Positions 8,741 through 17,948 are shown, counted from the stretch's first letter. The stretch: 59,079 nt of DNA from an uncultured Candidatus Saccharibacteria bacterium (GCA_964485625.1 CAZAJM010000005.1:1-59079); one strand, 5' to 3'. The notes: generated by a model not told the origin, from the letters alone. Numbers and translations: made by a program.

Positions 8741-10084
8741 CTATTTTTTCTTACTTTTACTCTTACTTTTTTTCTTCTCCTTCTTTTCGCCTTTTTTCTT
8801 ATTGAGTTCTTTTAAGGCCTCTAGGGTCTTCTCGTTTCGTAAGACATTACTAATAAAGTTCTGGCCTTGCTCAGATTCGTAGTGTTCTCTAAGCTCATTC
8901 TTATCACCACCCTGCATCATTCCCTGACTGATCATTGATTCAGTTTTAGCCTTAATATCTTTATCAGTTGGCTTAACATCCTCTTCTTTGGCTAGCTGGT
9001 TAAGAACTAGAGCCACCTTAACGTTCTGCTCAGCAGACTCCTTAAGCTTCTTCTCATAGTCTTTCTCATCGATCTTAAACTTCTTGAAGTACTGCTCTTT
9101 GGTCATGCCTTGTTGGGCCAACTGACTCTCTTGCTCCTGGCTAATTCGGCTATACTCCTGTTCAACTAAGGCCTCAGGTAATTCAAACTTGGCCTTATCT
9201 ACTAGCTTGGCAATTAGGTCTTGTTCGTATTTCTTCTCTATCTCAGTCTCCATCTGTTTCTCTTGAGCTTCCTTAAACTTAACCTCAAGGTCTTCTTTGT
9301 CTTTAGCACCCATCTTCTTGGCTACCTCATCCAAACTTGCCTCTTTAACCTTCTTAACACCGTTAATCTCTACCTCAAATTCAACTTCTTTGCCTGCCAT
9401 CTCTTTATCAGGATGGTCTTTGGGAAGCTTTAGTTTAAAGCTCTTCTTCTCGCCTTTCTTCATTCCCTCAATCTGATCTTCAAAGCCATCGATAAAGCCA
9501 CCCTGGCCAATAACGAAAGGGTGATTCTGGCTAGAGAGCTGATCTACTTTAGCTCCTTTCAATTTACCTTCAAAGCTTACCTCTACCCAATCGCCTTTCT
9601 CGGCTTTTCCGTCTTTATCTTCATAGTCGGCCATTCTTTTCTTTAGGCTATCTAAGCCCTGCTTAATATCTTTCTTAGTTAGTTTAGCCTCTTCTTTTTT
9701 CACTTTTAAGTTCTTGTAGTTTGGCAATTTAATCTCAGGCATCAGATCAACCGTGTAAGACAGCTTAACTGGCTTATCTTCTTCAAACTGCTTGACATCA
9801 ACCTTTGGCTGACCGACTGCTTTTAAACCTTCATCCATAACCACCTTGCCATATACCTCCGGCAATGCCATCTGTAAGGCCTCTTGCTCAATCTTGCCCT
9901 CCTCTAAATGTTTCTTGGCAACTTTAGCAGGAACCTTACCTTTGCGAAAACCTTTAACTTCAACTTGCTTAGCTAGCTTCTCTAGAGCATCTTTCTTAAA
10001 CTCTTCAAATACCTTGACCGGCACCTCAACCAGAAGCTTAACTTTAGTCTTTTTAATCTCTTCTTTTTTAACTTTTAGATCCAT
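8741..10084 (-). CDS. tig: trigger factor
   Basis: GFRKGKVP ribosome-binding motif, FKBP-like domain, SurA-like C-terminal domain. Confidence 0.95.
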   Translation of the reverse strand: MDLKVKKEEIKKTKVKLLVEVPVKVFEEFKKDALEKLAKQVEVKGFRKGKVPAKVAKKHLEEGKIEQEALQMALPEVYGKVVMDEGLKAVGQPKVDVKQFEEDKPVKLSYTVDLMPEIKLPNYKNLKVKKEEAKLTKKDIKQGLDSLKKRMADYEDKDGKAEKGDWVEVSFEGKLKGAKVDQLSSQNHPFVIGQGGFIDGFEDQIEGMKKGEKKSFKLKLPKDHPDKEMAGKEVEFEVEINGVKKVKEASLDEVAKKMGAKDKEDLEVKFKEAQEKQMETEIEKKYEQDLIAKLVDKAKFELPEALVEQEYSRISQEQESQLAQQGMTKEQYFKKFKIDEKDYEKKLKESAEQNVKVALVLNQLAKEEDVKPTDKDIKAKTESMISQGMMQGGDKNELREHYESEQGQNFISNVLRNEKTLEALKELNKKKGEKKEKKKSKSKSKKK

Positions 10085-10149
10085 AGAATTTAAAATATTT
10101 AATTTAATTTTTGTTTACATCCTGTACAGCTTAACAAGAAAATGGCTTT

Positions 10150-10205
10150 TTGTAAAGAAAAAAGACGCTAATAACAGTAGAAATTAATACTACCTAACTA
10201 GCGAC
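10150..10205 (-). repeat. 56-bp terminator/-35 block A, copy 1
   Basis: 55/56 identical to 10781-10836; imperfect hairpin plus T6 running into TTTACA. Confidence 0.9.
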
Positions 10206-10719
10206 TGAACTTCATGCTCTCTATCAAGGTCCCTAACTGATCTTCACTGTATTTAACAGCGCCATAATACATATCATCAATAGCATCTTGTTGACGCTCT
10301 AAACAATAATTGATCTCACTGACTCTATCTGAGGTATAGACTATAACTCTAATCATAGGTCCAAAATCTCCAGTAACCTTAACTGCCTGAAACTGGTAGC
10401 AAGACCCAGAGTTAGGATAGAATACCTTATAGGCTTTAACAACCTCGCCTTCATTGGTCTTCCAACCTTCAGATTCATGAACAAATATCTCCGGACAATT
10501 AGCACGTATCCACTCTAAGGAAGCAATATCAAGATTATCTACTTCACCAATACCAACTCGGTAATAATATCTCTTCATGCCACGTATAATCATTATTACT
10601 CCAAATAATGCTAAAAACCCAAAAATGATAAGGTCATGAGTAGCCAACCAAACAAAGGCCAAAATAACTGACACTAGAATTAACTGAATATACAAGTACC
10701 TCCATGCCCTTGGGAACAT
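10198..10719 (-). CDS. 2-TM hypothetical protein (cassette paralog 1)
   Basis: start moved to ATG 10719 (SD GGGAGG 6 nt upstream); remote similarity to 10825-11331 (NL..LEWI..N.P.I, YKVFY). Confidence 0.7.
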   Translation of the reverse strand: MFPRAWRYLYIQLILVSVILAFVWLATHDLIIFGFLALFGVIMIIRGMKRYYYRVGIGEVDNLDIASLEWIRANCPEIFVHESEGWKTNEGEVVKAYKVFYPNSGSCYQFQAVKVTGDFGPMIRVIVYTSDRVSEINYCLERQQDAIDDMYYGAVKYSEDQLGTLIESMKFSR

Positions 10720-10729
10720 ATTTTTCCTC

Positions 10730-10794
10730 CCGTACTTCAAAGATCGATGCTGAATAAGATACTACACTAAATATTAGTTATTGTAAAGAAAAAA
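10730..10794 (-). repeat. 65-bp promoter/5'UTR block B, copy 1
   Basis: 64/65 identical to 11345-11409; TTTACA (10782-10787), 17 bp, TAGTAT (10759-10764). Confidence 0.9.
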
Positions 10795-10836
10795 GACGCT
10801 AATAACAGTAGAAATTTATACTACCTAACTAGCGAC
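10781..10836 (-). repeat. 56-bp terminator/-35 block A, copy 2
   Basis: 55/56 identical to 10150-10205; overlaps block B by the 14-bp core TTGTAAAGAAAAAA. Confidence 0.9.
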
Positions 10837-11331
10837 CAGTTGGCGTGCTTTTTCAAGATTAAGCCTACTTAGCTTAATAGCACTTTTATGAGCTGCAGCT
10901 AACGCTTTTCTTCTGTCTTCAATTGGATATCGCTCTTGATGGATATTACCCTCATCGTCGACCACATCAACAGTGATCTCATCTTTGCTTGGATTAAACT
11001 TTGCTTCAACGACTCGGAAATGGTCCTCGAAATACACTCTATACCTAGTTGTCAGGTTATCACAAAAAAGTTTATCGGCTAGTATCCCTGGCCTATTTTC
11101 TATTAGCCACTCAATATCTTCGGAAGACAAATTTAGTGTATCTTCTCTAATAGTTCTAAAATTTCGATCCAAGATTATCAACAGGGTGAGTATCAACGGA
11201 ATAAATATAATTATCACAATGGATAAACATAAATCACCAATACCGAAATCTAATCGAATTTTCAAAACAAAAAGTATCAACATACAAGTTGCTATCAATA
11301 TCACAAAGAGCTTTCTTTGGCTTGGCAACAT
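10825..11331 (-). CDS. 2-TM hypothetical protein (cassette paralog 2)
   Basis: likely ATG at 11331 (alternatives 11340, or TTG 11355); remote paralog of 10198-10719. Confidence 0.7.
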   Translation of the reverse strand: MLPSQRKLFVILIATCMLILFVLKIRLDFGIGDLCLSIVIIIFIPLILTLLIILDRNFRTIREDTLNLSSEDIEWLIENRPGILADKLFCDNLTTRYRVYFEDHFRVVEAKFNPSKDEITVDVVDDEGNIHQERYPIEDRRKALAAAHKSAIKLSRLNLEKARQLVAS

Positions 11332-11344
11332 GCTCCTCATCCTT

Positions 11345-11409
11345 CCGTACTTCAAAGATCGATGCTGAATAAGATACTACATTAAATATTAGTTATTGTA
11401 AAGAAAAAA
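11345..11409 (-). repeat. 65-bp promoter/5'UTR block B, copy 2
   Basis: 64/65 identical to 10730-10794; TTTACA (11397-11402), 17 bp, TAGTAT (11374-11379). Confidence 0.9.
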
Positions 11410-11472
11410 AGCTTCAATAAAGGTGTAAAAAAGTGCGGATCTAGTAACTGACCTTAAATTAAAGCTTGATAG

Positions 11473-11631
11473 TTAGTGCTCGTTATACCATTTCTGATTG
11501 TTATGACGACTATGAGGTAGCTTTCTTGGAGAGGTGCTCCCACATGTTACAATCTGCTCACAATAACTCTTAAATGATATACGATTAGTCTCCCCCTGCT
11601 TTCTGCTTCTTTCTTCTGTTGCCAACTTCAT
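11473..11631 (-). CDS. putative small protein of 50-52 aa (not in ORF track)
   Basis: MKLATEERSRKQGETNRISFKSYCEQIVTCGSTSPRKLPHSRHNNQKWYNEH; GGAGG 7 nt before in-frame TTG 11625; upstream TGaTATAAT (11667-11675); downstream hairpin 11410-11466 plus T-tract. Confidence 0.35.
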   Translation of the reverse strand: MKLATEERSRKQGETNRISFKSYCEQIVTCGSTSPRKLPHSRHNNQKWYNEH

Positions 11632-11814
11632 TCCTCCCTCTGCTGCCTTCCTAACGGCTTGAATATATTATATCAAACATTTATTAAGCCAGACTGTGGA
11701 TAGCTTTGAATAGTAGTAGTTTAAATTAAAAAAAGACAGTAAATATATACTAAAGATTAGTTTATGTAAAGAAAAAATAGCTGGTTTAACCTGTCTTCAG
11801 CTATTTAATCGATA

Positions 11815-12648
11815 TTACCTTATCTTCCAGTTTTTAATCACCATTTCATAGCTCTCCGGTGTGCCTGTGTCATACCAAACCCCGTCAAAAGGGTAGCCGT
11901 GTAATTCCTCGTCATCAACTAGGTTGGGGTAGACATCCTGCTCGATCATAGAAAAGCCGGTCTGGGGAATATATTTAATCACCTCCGGCTCAAGCATAGC
12001 TATCCCGGCATTTACCAAATTAGAGGGCTCCTCTCCTTTCTTTGGCTTCTCTACAAAATTTACTATTTGATTACCTCTCATCTCAACTACGCCAAGCTGA
12101 CTTACATCATCAACGTTAGCCAGAGCCATAGTTGCCAGTCCGGGATGGCTCTTGTGGAACCGGCTCATCTCTTTTAGATCAATGTCAGCCAAAATATCAC
12201 ACCAGATAAGCAGAAAACTATCTTTTAGCTTGTTCTCTATTTTTCTCAAAGGTCCAGCTGTGCCAAGCTTGTCTTTCTCCACAATATACTCAATATCTAA
12301 ACCATAGTTGCTACCATCTCCAAAGTGATCCATTATCTTATCGGCCATATAGCCGACAGAGATAAATATCTTCTCAAAACCATATCTTTTCAGTAATGCT
12401 AGGGTATGCTCGGTTAGGGCCTTGCCTTTAACCGGGATCAGGGGCTTGGGAACTTCATAAGTAAACGGTCGCAGTCGAGTGCCTCTACCTCCGGCCTGAA
12501 TCACCGCTGTCTTAACACTATGTAGGCCCATGCCCTCTTTTAGATGCCTCTCAATAGCTTGGGAGCGGTTCTCTCCTTCTTTAGTTGATTGGTTTAATTT
12601 CTTTAGTAGGTTTTTGTCAATTGAAAAACTAATACGTTGTTTACTCAT
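11815..12648 (-). CDS. ribbon-helix-helix / sugar-phosphate nucleotidyltransferase fusion
   Basis: N-terminal RISFSIDKNLLKKL...NRSQAIE (CopG-like RHH); AGGRGTRLRPFTYEVPKPL NTP-transferase motif. Confidence 0.85.
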   Translation of the reverse strand: MSKQRISFSIDKNLLKKLNQSTKEGENRSQAIERHLKEGMGLHSVKTAVIQAGGRGTRLRPFTYEVPKPLIPVKGKALTEHTLALLKRYGFEKIFISVGYMADKIMDHFGDGSNYGLDIEYIVEKDKLGTAGPLRKIENKLKDSFLLIWCDILADIDLKEMSRFHKSHPGLATMALANVDDVSQLGVVEMRGNQIVNFVEKPKKGEEPSNLVNAGIAMLEPEVIKYIPQTGFSMIEQDVYPNLVDDEELHGYPFDGVWYDTGTPESYEMVIKNWKIR

Positions 12649-12651
12649 AAA

Positions 12652-12680
12652 TGTATTACTTTGTATTACGTATGATTATA
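12652..12680 (-). promoter_or_regulatory. tandem GTA-N-TAC boxes downstream of a -10 (putative RHH operator)
   Basis: TGTATTAC at 12652-12659 and 12662-12669 (10-bp period); TATAAT at 12675-12680 on minus strand. Confidence 0.6.
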
Positions 12681-12682
12681 TC

Positions 12683-13078
12683 CTACTTTTCTATCACTTT
12701 CCAGCCCGATCGATCAGACTTATCCACAGTTATAGGAGAAAGGTATCTTTTAAGCTCTGAGAGAAAAATTATTGATCCGTAGTTGGCCTTATCTCTAATG
12801 CGCCAAAACTTATTAGTTGTTTTAGATTTTGATTGGTATCGTTTTTTTAATTGAGTAAGTTTCTGACCATCCAGCCTATCAAAAAAGAGCACGTTCTCAA
12901 TCCGTGCTTCTCCATAGACCTTGCCGCCCGATTTTTTGATTAAGATCAGCTCACCTCTTCTAGCCTGTTGGTAGGGAGCGATAGCCTTTTTAGAGAGCCT
13001 AATATCTACTCTTTTATCGGCCCTAAAAACCTTATCAATTTGATCTTTGCTAAAAACAGCAATATGTTTCTTGCTCAT
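12683..13078 (-). CDS. ASCH/PUA-like domain protein
   Basis: HIAVF...KRVDIRLS...PY...GELILIKKSGGKVYG pattern. Confidence 0.65.
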   Translation of the reverse strand: MSKKHIAVFSKDQIDKVFRADKRVDIRLSKKAIAPYQQARRGELILIKKSGGKVYGEARIENVLFFDRLDGQKLTQLKKRYQSKSKTTNKFWRIRDKANYGSIIFLSELKRYLSPITVDKSDRSGWKVIEK

Positions 13079-13115
13079 CTGACTTGAACTATTTAGTTAT
13101 TCAAGCCCCAGTCCT

Positions 13116-14069
13116 TTATATCTCTTCTTTACTTATCTTGACTTTATCTTCTGCTACTCTTTCTAAAACCTCACCCTTTGTTAAGAGACCTTTCTGAGCG
13201 CCAAACTTGGAGACTGCTCCTGCTGAATTAACAATACCCCACTTTAGGGATTGTTCTAGATCACCAGATTCCATAAAAGAAGCCAGAAAACCGCTACCAA
13301 AACTATCGCCTGCTCCAATGGCATTGATCTTGTCTTTAGGATAGGTAGAGGCCTTGATTAGCCCCTTGCCGCCATAGACCGCCGCTCCATCTCTTCCTCT
13401 AGTAATAGTAACTATCTTGGGGCCCATACCAACTAGCTCCTTAAAAACATCATCACCTTCTACTCCCGACAAACTCTCTGCTTCAGATTGATTTAACATT
13501 AAAATATCGGTTGAGAGTAGAACGCTGCTTAACTTCTCCCGTCCTATTTTAAGTTGCAATCTACCCGGGTTAAAGACCAGCCTAGTATTATGTTTCTCTT
13601 TCCGCCGAGCAATCTCATTGAGTAGCTCCACATCAGGGTTACCAACAGAGAGCAAGTACCAGTACTTAGCCTGACTAGCCTCCTGCCATCTAATCATATC
13701 ACTATCAAGCAGCTTATTAGCTCCGGAATAGACATAGGCAAGATGCTCTTTCTTCTTGTTCTGAATAATCACAGAAATGCCTGAAGAGGTGTCAGAATTC
13801 TCGCTGATCATAGAGGTATCCACTCCTCTGCGCTCCAACCTATTTCTAATCTCCTCTCCCTCAGGATCTTCACCTAGAACAACTGCCGGCGCTACGCTAT
13901 AGCCTAGCTTAACCAAACCGACTGCCACATTGGCTGCACCGCCGCCAACATCTAAGTGTGATTTTTTTACAATAACTTTCTCCTGAGGTATTCTCTCAAA
14001 ATTTTCTTGGTCGGTCTCTAAGATAATATCTCTAATTGCTTTGCCAAAGGTAACCACATCTAGTTTCAT
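13116..14069 (-). CDS. PfkB-family carbohydrate kinase
   Basis: GGGAANVAVGL and NAIGAGDSFGSGF signatures. Confidence 0.9.
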   Translation of the reverse strand: MKLDVVTFGKAIRDIILETDQENFERIPQEKVIVKKSHLDVGGGAANVAVGLVKLGYSVAPAVVLGEDPEGEEIRNRLERRGVDTSMISENSDTSSGISVIIQNKKKEHLAYVYSGANKLLDSDMIRWQEASQAKYWYLLSVGNPDVELLNEIARRKEKHNTRLVFNPGRLQLKIGREKLSSVLLSTDILMLNQSEAESLSGVEGDDVFKELVGMGPKIVTITRGRDGAAVYGGKGLIKASTYPKDKINAIGAGDSFGSGFLASFMESGDLEQSLKWGIVNSAGAVSKFGAQKGLLTKGEVLERVAEDKVKISKEEI

Positions 14070-14075
14070 AAAATT

Positions 14076-14885
14076 TTAGTTATTTACCCAATTAATCTTC
14101 TGCTTTATTACCTCTTTCATCTCCATCATCGAAGCAGACAAGACTCTTCTGGGATCAGACTCGTTAATATTCTCTCGCAGACCCTCCATAAAGGCGGCTC
14201 TAATCTCTGAGTCAAAATTAAACTTATTCGCCCCGCTGGCAACTAGTTTTTTAATCTCCTTCTCTTCTAAGCCCGAACAGCCATGGATTACTAGAGGAAC
14301 ATCTACTTTCTCTCTAATCTCTTCTAAGCGTTTAAAATCAAGTTGTTGGTCCTTAACAATTCCATGAACACTACCGATAGAAACTGCGATCGTATCGGCA
14401 TTAGTCTGCTTGATAAACTCTTCCACATCCTCCGGCTGACTGAGTAGGCCCTCATCTCCACTTAGTTTACCAACATGACCAATCTCAGCCTCCAAAACAG
14501 TATCCTTCTCGCCGATCATCTTCTTTATCTCTTTGGTTTTAGCAATGTTCTCACTTTCCGGCAGTGATGAGCCATCATACATAATAGAGTTAAAACCGGC
14601 CTCAATCGCCTTTTTTATTACACTTTTACTCTTGCCATGATCTAGGTGCAAGAAAAGATCTGTTTTAGATAGCTTACCGGCAGTCTTAACAATATCAACT
14701 AAATACTCAAAGCCGGCATACTTAATAGCATTCTCGGTTATGGCCAAGAAGGCGGGCTGGCTCTTCTCATTTACTACCTCAACAACAGACTTAACCATCT
14801 CTAAGTTATTAACATTAAAATGAGGTAGAGCGGTAAAATTGCTCTTCGCTTCTTCTAAATGTTTTTTAGGACTAATTAGTGGCAT
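14076..14885 (-). CDS. fba: class II fructose-bisphosphate aldolase
   Basis: HLDHG, GSVHG, LVIHGCSG zinc-binding motifs. Confidence 0.9.
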   Translation of the reverse strand: MPLISPKKHLEEAKSNFTALPHFNVNNLEMVKSVVEVVNEKSQPAFLAITENAIKYAGFEYLVDIVKTAGKLSKTDLFLHLDHGKSKSVIKKAIEAGFNSIMYDGSSLPESENIAKTKEIKKMIGEKDTVLEAEIGHVGKLSGDEGLLSQPEDVEEFIKQTNADTIAVSIGSVHGIVKDQQLDFKRLEEIREKVDVPLVIHGCSGLEEKEIKKLVASGANKFNFDSEIRAAFMEGLRENINESDPRRVLSASMMEMKEVIKQKINWVNN

Positions 14886-14899
14886 AGATATTTTTTTAA

Positions 14900-16111
14900 T
14901 TATTCAAACTGCTTGCTGGAAAAAACTGCTAAAGTTTTACCGGCTAGATAATCAAGCGCGGCACTGCCTCCGGTAGAGATGAAGTCAAAATCACTTAGAT
15001 GCTCAAGCTGCTTAATAGCCCGATGAGTATCACCTCCGGCAGCGTAGGCCTTGACCTGTGATTTTTTAATTGCTTCCATCAATCTTGCCGTCCCCTTGGC
15101 ATAATCCTCATTCTCAAACATACCCATCGGACCAGCCCAGAAAACGGTCTTAGCCTTGCTAATTATCTGGGAATACTTTTTGATTGTCTTAGGACCAATA
15201 TCCCTTACTTCAGGGATAAGATGGGAGGTTCCCTGCCTAACACTCTCCATCTCTATTATATCACCTTCTTCCAAATTACCATCAACAGGTAGGTTAATTG
15301 AGCTCGAGGTTAATAGCTCCTCTACGGGGTCATCTCTTTTTTTAACCAGCTCTTTCTGCTCCATCTCTTCAAGAAGCAATCTTACCTCGCTCTTATCTTG
15401 AATGGAAAATCGAGACTCATAGAGACTATTGGCAATTTTTCCACCTATTAAAACCTGATCGGCAATCTTAGATAGATTAACAATCACCGGTTGCTTGTCA
15501 GGTATCTTGGCCCCACCAATTAGAACCACCAAAGGTCGTTCCGGTTCTTCTTTGATCTTGCTAAGCTCCTTGATCTCTTTCTGGCAGCGCAAACCTAAAT
15601 ATGAGGGTAAGAACTTCTGAACACCCTTAGTTGAAGCATGGGAACGATGAGAGCTAGCAAAAGCATCAAAAACAAACAAATTGGCTAGCTTAGAAAGGGC
15701 CTTAGCCAAACTATCCTCATTTCTTCGCTCCCGCCAATGAAAACGAATATTTTCAAGTAAATAGATATCTTTGCTTACCCGATAGACGATAAAATCATCG
15801 ATCTTAGTCTCCTCTACCGGCTGGTTGTAGTCAAGCAGTTCATTAAGTCTCTGGGCAACGGGCTTTAGAATTAAGCCCGGGTTGTTACCTCGCACCTCTT
15901 CTGGCTCTTCCTGGCTCTTTATATTAGGCCGACCCATATGACCAACGATCATAATACGGTCTGGCTCTCTCTGATCTAGATATTTAAGCGTCGGCAACAA
16001 GGCCTTGAGGCGATAGTCATCATAGACCTTACCGTCTTTTAGTTCAACATCCGTATCAGCTCTAAGTAGAATTCGCTTACCCTTTATCTCTGCTTTTTGA
16101 ATCTTTTCCAT
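14900..16111 (-). CDS. pgk: phosphoglycerate kinase
   Basis: GHMGRP, LLENIRF, DAFASSHRSHAS, GGDT, STGGSA motifs. Confidence 0.93.
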   Translation of the reverse strand: MEKIQKAEIKGKRILLRADTDVELKDGKVYDDYRLKALLPTLKYLDQREPDRIMIVGHMGRPNIKSQEEPEEVRGNNPGLILKPVAQRLNELLDYNQPVEETKIDDFIVYRVSKDIYLLENIRFHWRERRNEDSLAKALSKLANLFVFDAFASSHRSHASTKGVQKFLPSYLGLRCQKEIKELSKIKEEPERPLVVLIGGAKIPDKQPVIVNLSKIADQVLIGGKIANSLYESRFSIQDKSEVRLLLEEMEQKELVKKRDDPVEELLTSSSINLPVDGNLEEGDIIEMESVRQGTSHLIPEVRDIGPKTIKKYSQIISKAKTVFWAGPMGMFENEDYAKGTARLMEAIKKSQVKAYAAGGDTHRAIKQLEHLSDFDFISTGGSAALDYLAGKTLAVFSSKQFE

Positions 16112-16187
16112 ATATAATCAAAAATTAAGCTTGTCTTTCTAGCTACTAGAACAATTTTATCTTAAATATTTCTACAAGTAAAGCAAC

Positions 16188-17948
16188 TTAATACCTATAT
16201 CTCTTCCAGACAAGACATGAAATCAATACTAACAATATTAAGACTACAGCTAGTAAATATGGCCATTGCCAAAATTTTGAACCATCCTGTTTGTTGTCAT
16301 CGGCGGAGGCAACTTGGACTTGAAACTTTTCACTTTTAATATTTCTATCCGACAACTCAGTCCATAACTCATAGTTCCCCGGATTAATATCTGAAAGTTC
16401 AATCTCCCAGCTACCAGATTGATCAGAGTAGGTACAGACTCTCCTCTCTTCTCCGTTGTTAAATATTAAGCAGATTTCAGTATTTGGATCTGTCTCACCT
16501 CTAAATTTGAACCTGTCCCCTCTGAGATAACTGTCTTTTTTGAGTTGATGGCTATTATTATCTGGATCAATAACTATTATTCTAACATCACTACTATCAC
16601 TACTTTCCTCTTTACTATCAACGCTCTTTTCATCTTGACTATCTTCTGTCTGACCGCTGCTTGGGATAAACTCTATCTCATCATCATTATTTGGAGGATT
16701 AATGATTAAACCCTCGTTATCCGTCTTAAATGAGTAGTTCTGCGTTGATCCGGTATTATTGTAAGCATCTCTTACCGAAACCATAAAATTATACTTTGTC
16801 CCGGGAGAAAGATTGATTAATTTCTTGTCATGTGTTGTTTTTAAAGTAGAATCGGTATACTGATTACCATAAGCAGTTGTCTTGCCCCAATTAATTATCG
16901 TTCTAGAGGGTTTAGAGGTTTGCCAACTGATAATGGCTGAATGTTTTTTAATACTACTAGCTTTAAGGTTGCTAACTGATGGAGCCTGGCCAATAGTAAT
17001 ACTATCACTATTTGAATCCATCTCTCCCCAAGTACTAACAACTACGTCTTTAGTGCCTGAACTGACCCCGGGCACAATCACCTTAATCTCAGTCTGAGAC
17101 CAAGAGCTAATTGTTGCTGATGTACCACCAACAGTGACGGTTGAATTATCACTTGGCCCAAAATCACTGCCTGAGATAGTAATAATATCTCCCTGATCCG
17201 GATTTGAAGGTGAGATTGAGATAATTGTAGGCGACCAACGTTGATCATATATTTTTACTTCATCAATAATTCCATTGGCTGAAAGACTAGAAGAATCGTT
17301 TTTATTTCCAACAAAAAGATTGGTTGGAGCGTTCAAGTTTTTGTAATCCCCATTGTGAGTAAATTCAGCCCCTTCACCATTAACTAATATCTGGGGAATT
17401 ATTATTGTAGCCGGGTCAGGATTAGCAACAAACTGATCATACCAGTATGCTTGAATATGGACCCAATCTCCTGCTTCCCAACCGATAGAGTGTTTAGTTG
17501 CCAAACTCATATCAAAAGTAGAAGAAAGTTTGATAAAAAGCCTAACAGAATTATCTGAGTTTAAATACTTAATATAGAAACGTTCACTTGAGTCAGAGAG
17601 TAAAAAATGATCGCGAGTATCATCATCTTGGTCATAATTGGGCTTATACCAAAAATCTATCACTCTCTCCTCTGGTATATCTCCATCATCTGATTGAAAA
17701 ATGCTGTCAGTTGGGTAGTAAAGATAGTCTGTATCAGAGCTAAAACTAGCACCATTACCGGAATAACCGGGGATAAAATCGCCGGCACCTAAATTAGTAG
17801 TGCCAGAAGGACCGGTGGTAGGAGTTTGAGCGGCCGACAATGAGTCAAGAGATGTATAGAGTAAAAGATTGTTGGCCAAAACGCTATCAACAAAAACCAA
17901 GCAAGCAAGAACAAAAATAATTACTAAAACAAACAGCGTTTTTTTCAC
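16188..17948 (-). CDS. cell-surface protein (LamG-like, IPT/TIG, FN3, Ig-like; C-terminal TM)
   Basis: signal peptide; GIIDEVKIYD (LamG), PNQGDIITISGSDFG (IPT), ISWQTSKP (FN3); C-terminal hydrophobic anchor plus basic tail. Confidence 0.75.
   Translation of the reverse strand: MKKTLFVLVIIFVLACLVFVDSVLANNLLLYTSLDSLSAAQTPTTGPSGTTNLGAGDFIPGYSGNGASFSSDTDYLYYPTDSIFQSDDGDIPEERVIDFWYKPNYDQDDDTRDHFLLSDSSERFYIKYLNSDNSVRLFIKLSSTFDMSLATKHSIGWEAGDWVHIQAYWYDQFVANPDPATIIIPQILVNGEGAEFTHNGDYKNLNAPTNLFVGNKNDSSSLSANGIIDEVKIYDQRWSPTIISISPSNPDQGDIITISGSDFGPSDNSTVTVGGTSATISSWSQTEIKVIVPGVSSGTKDVVVSTWGEMDSNSDSITIGQAPSVSNLKASSIKKHSAIISWQTSKPSRTIINWGKTTAYGNQYTDSTLKTTHDKKLINLSPGTKYNFMVSVRDAYNNTGSTQNYSFKTDNEGLIINPPNNDDEIEFIPSSGQTEDSQDEKSVDSKEESSDSSDVRIIVIDPDNNSHQLKKDSYLRGDRFKFRGETDPNTEICLIFNNGEERRVCTYSDQSGSWEIELSDINPGNYELWTELSDRNIKSEKFQVQVASADDNKQDGSKFWQWPYLLAVVLILLVLISCLVWKRYRY

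Noticed and set aside
10720-10740. Shared N-terminal MKYGR peptide of the two cassette proteins
   Set aside because: It comes from TTG starts in the conserved 5'UTR block; SD-supported ATG starts lie downstream.
10150-10836. Integron attC sites (GTTAGGT matches GTTRRRY right after the stop codons)
   Set aside because: On the coding strand an attC needs RYYYAAC after the stop and GTTRRRY at the far end. Here the order is wrong, no matching partner box exists, and no integron integrase is in the window.
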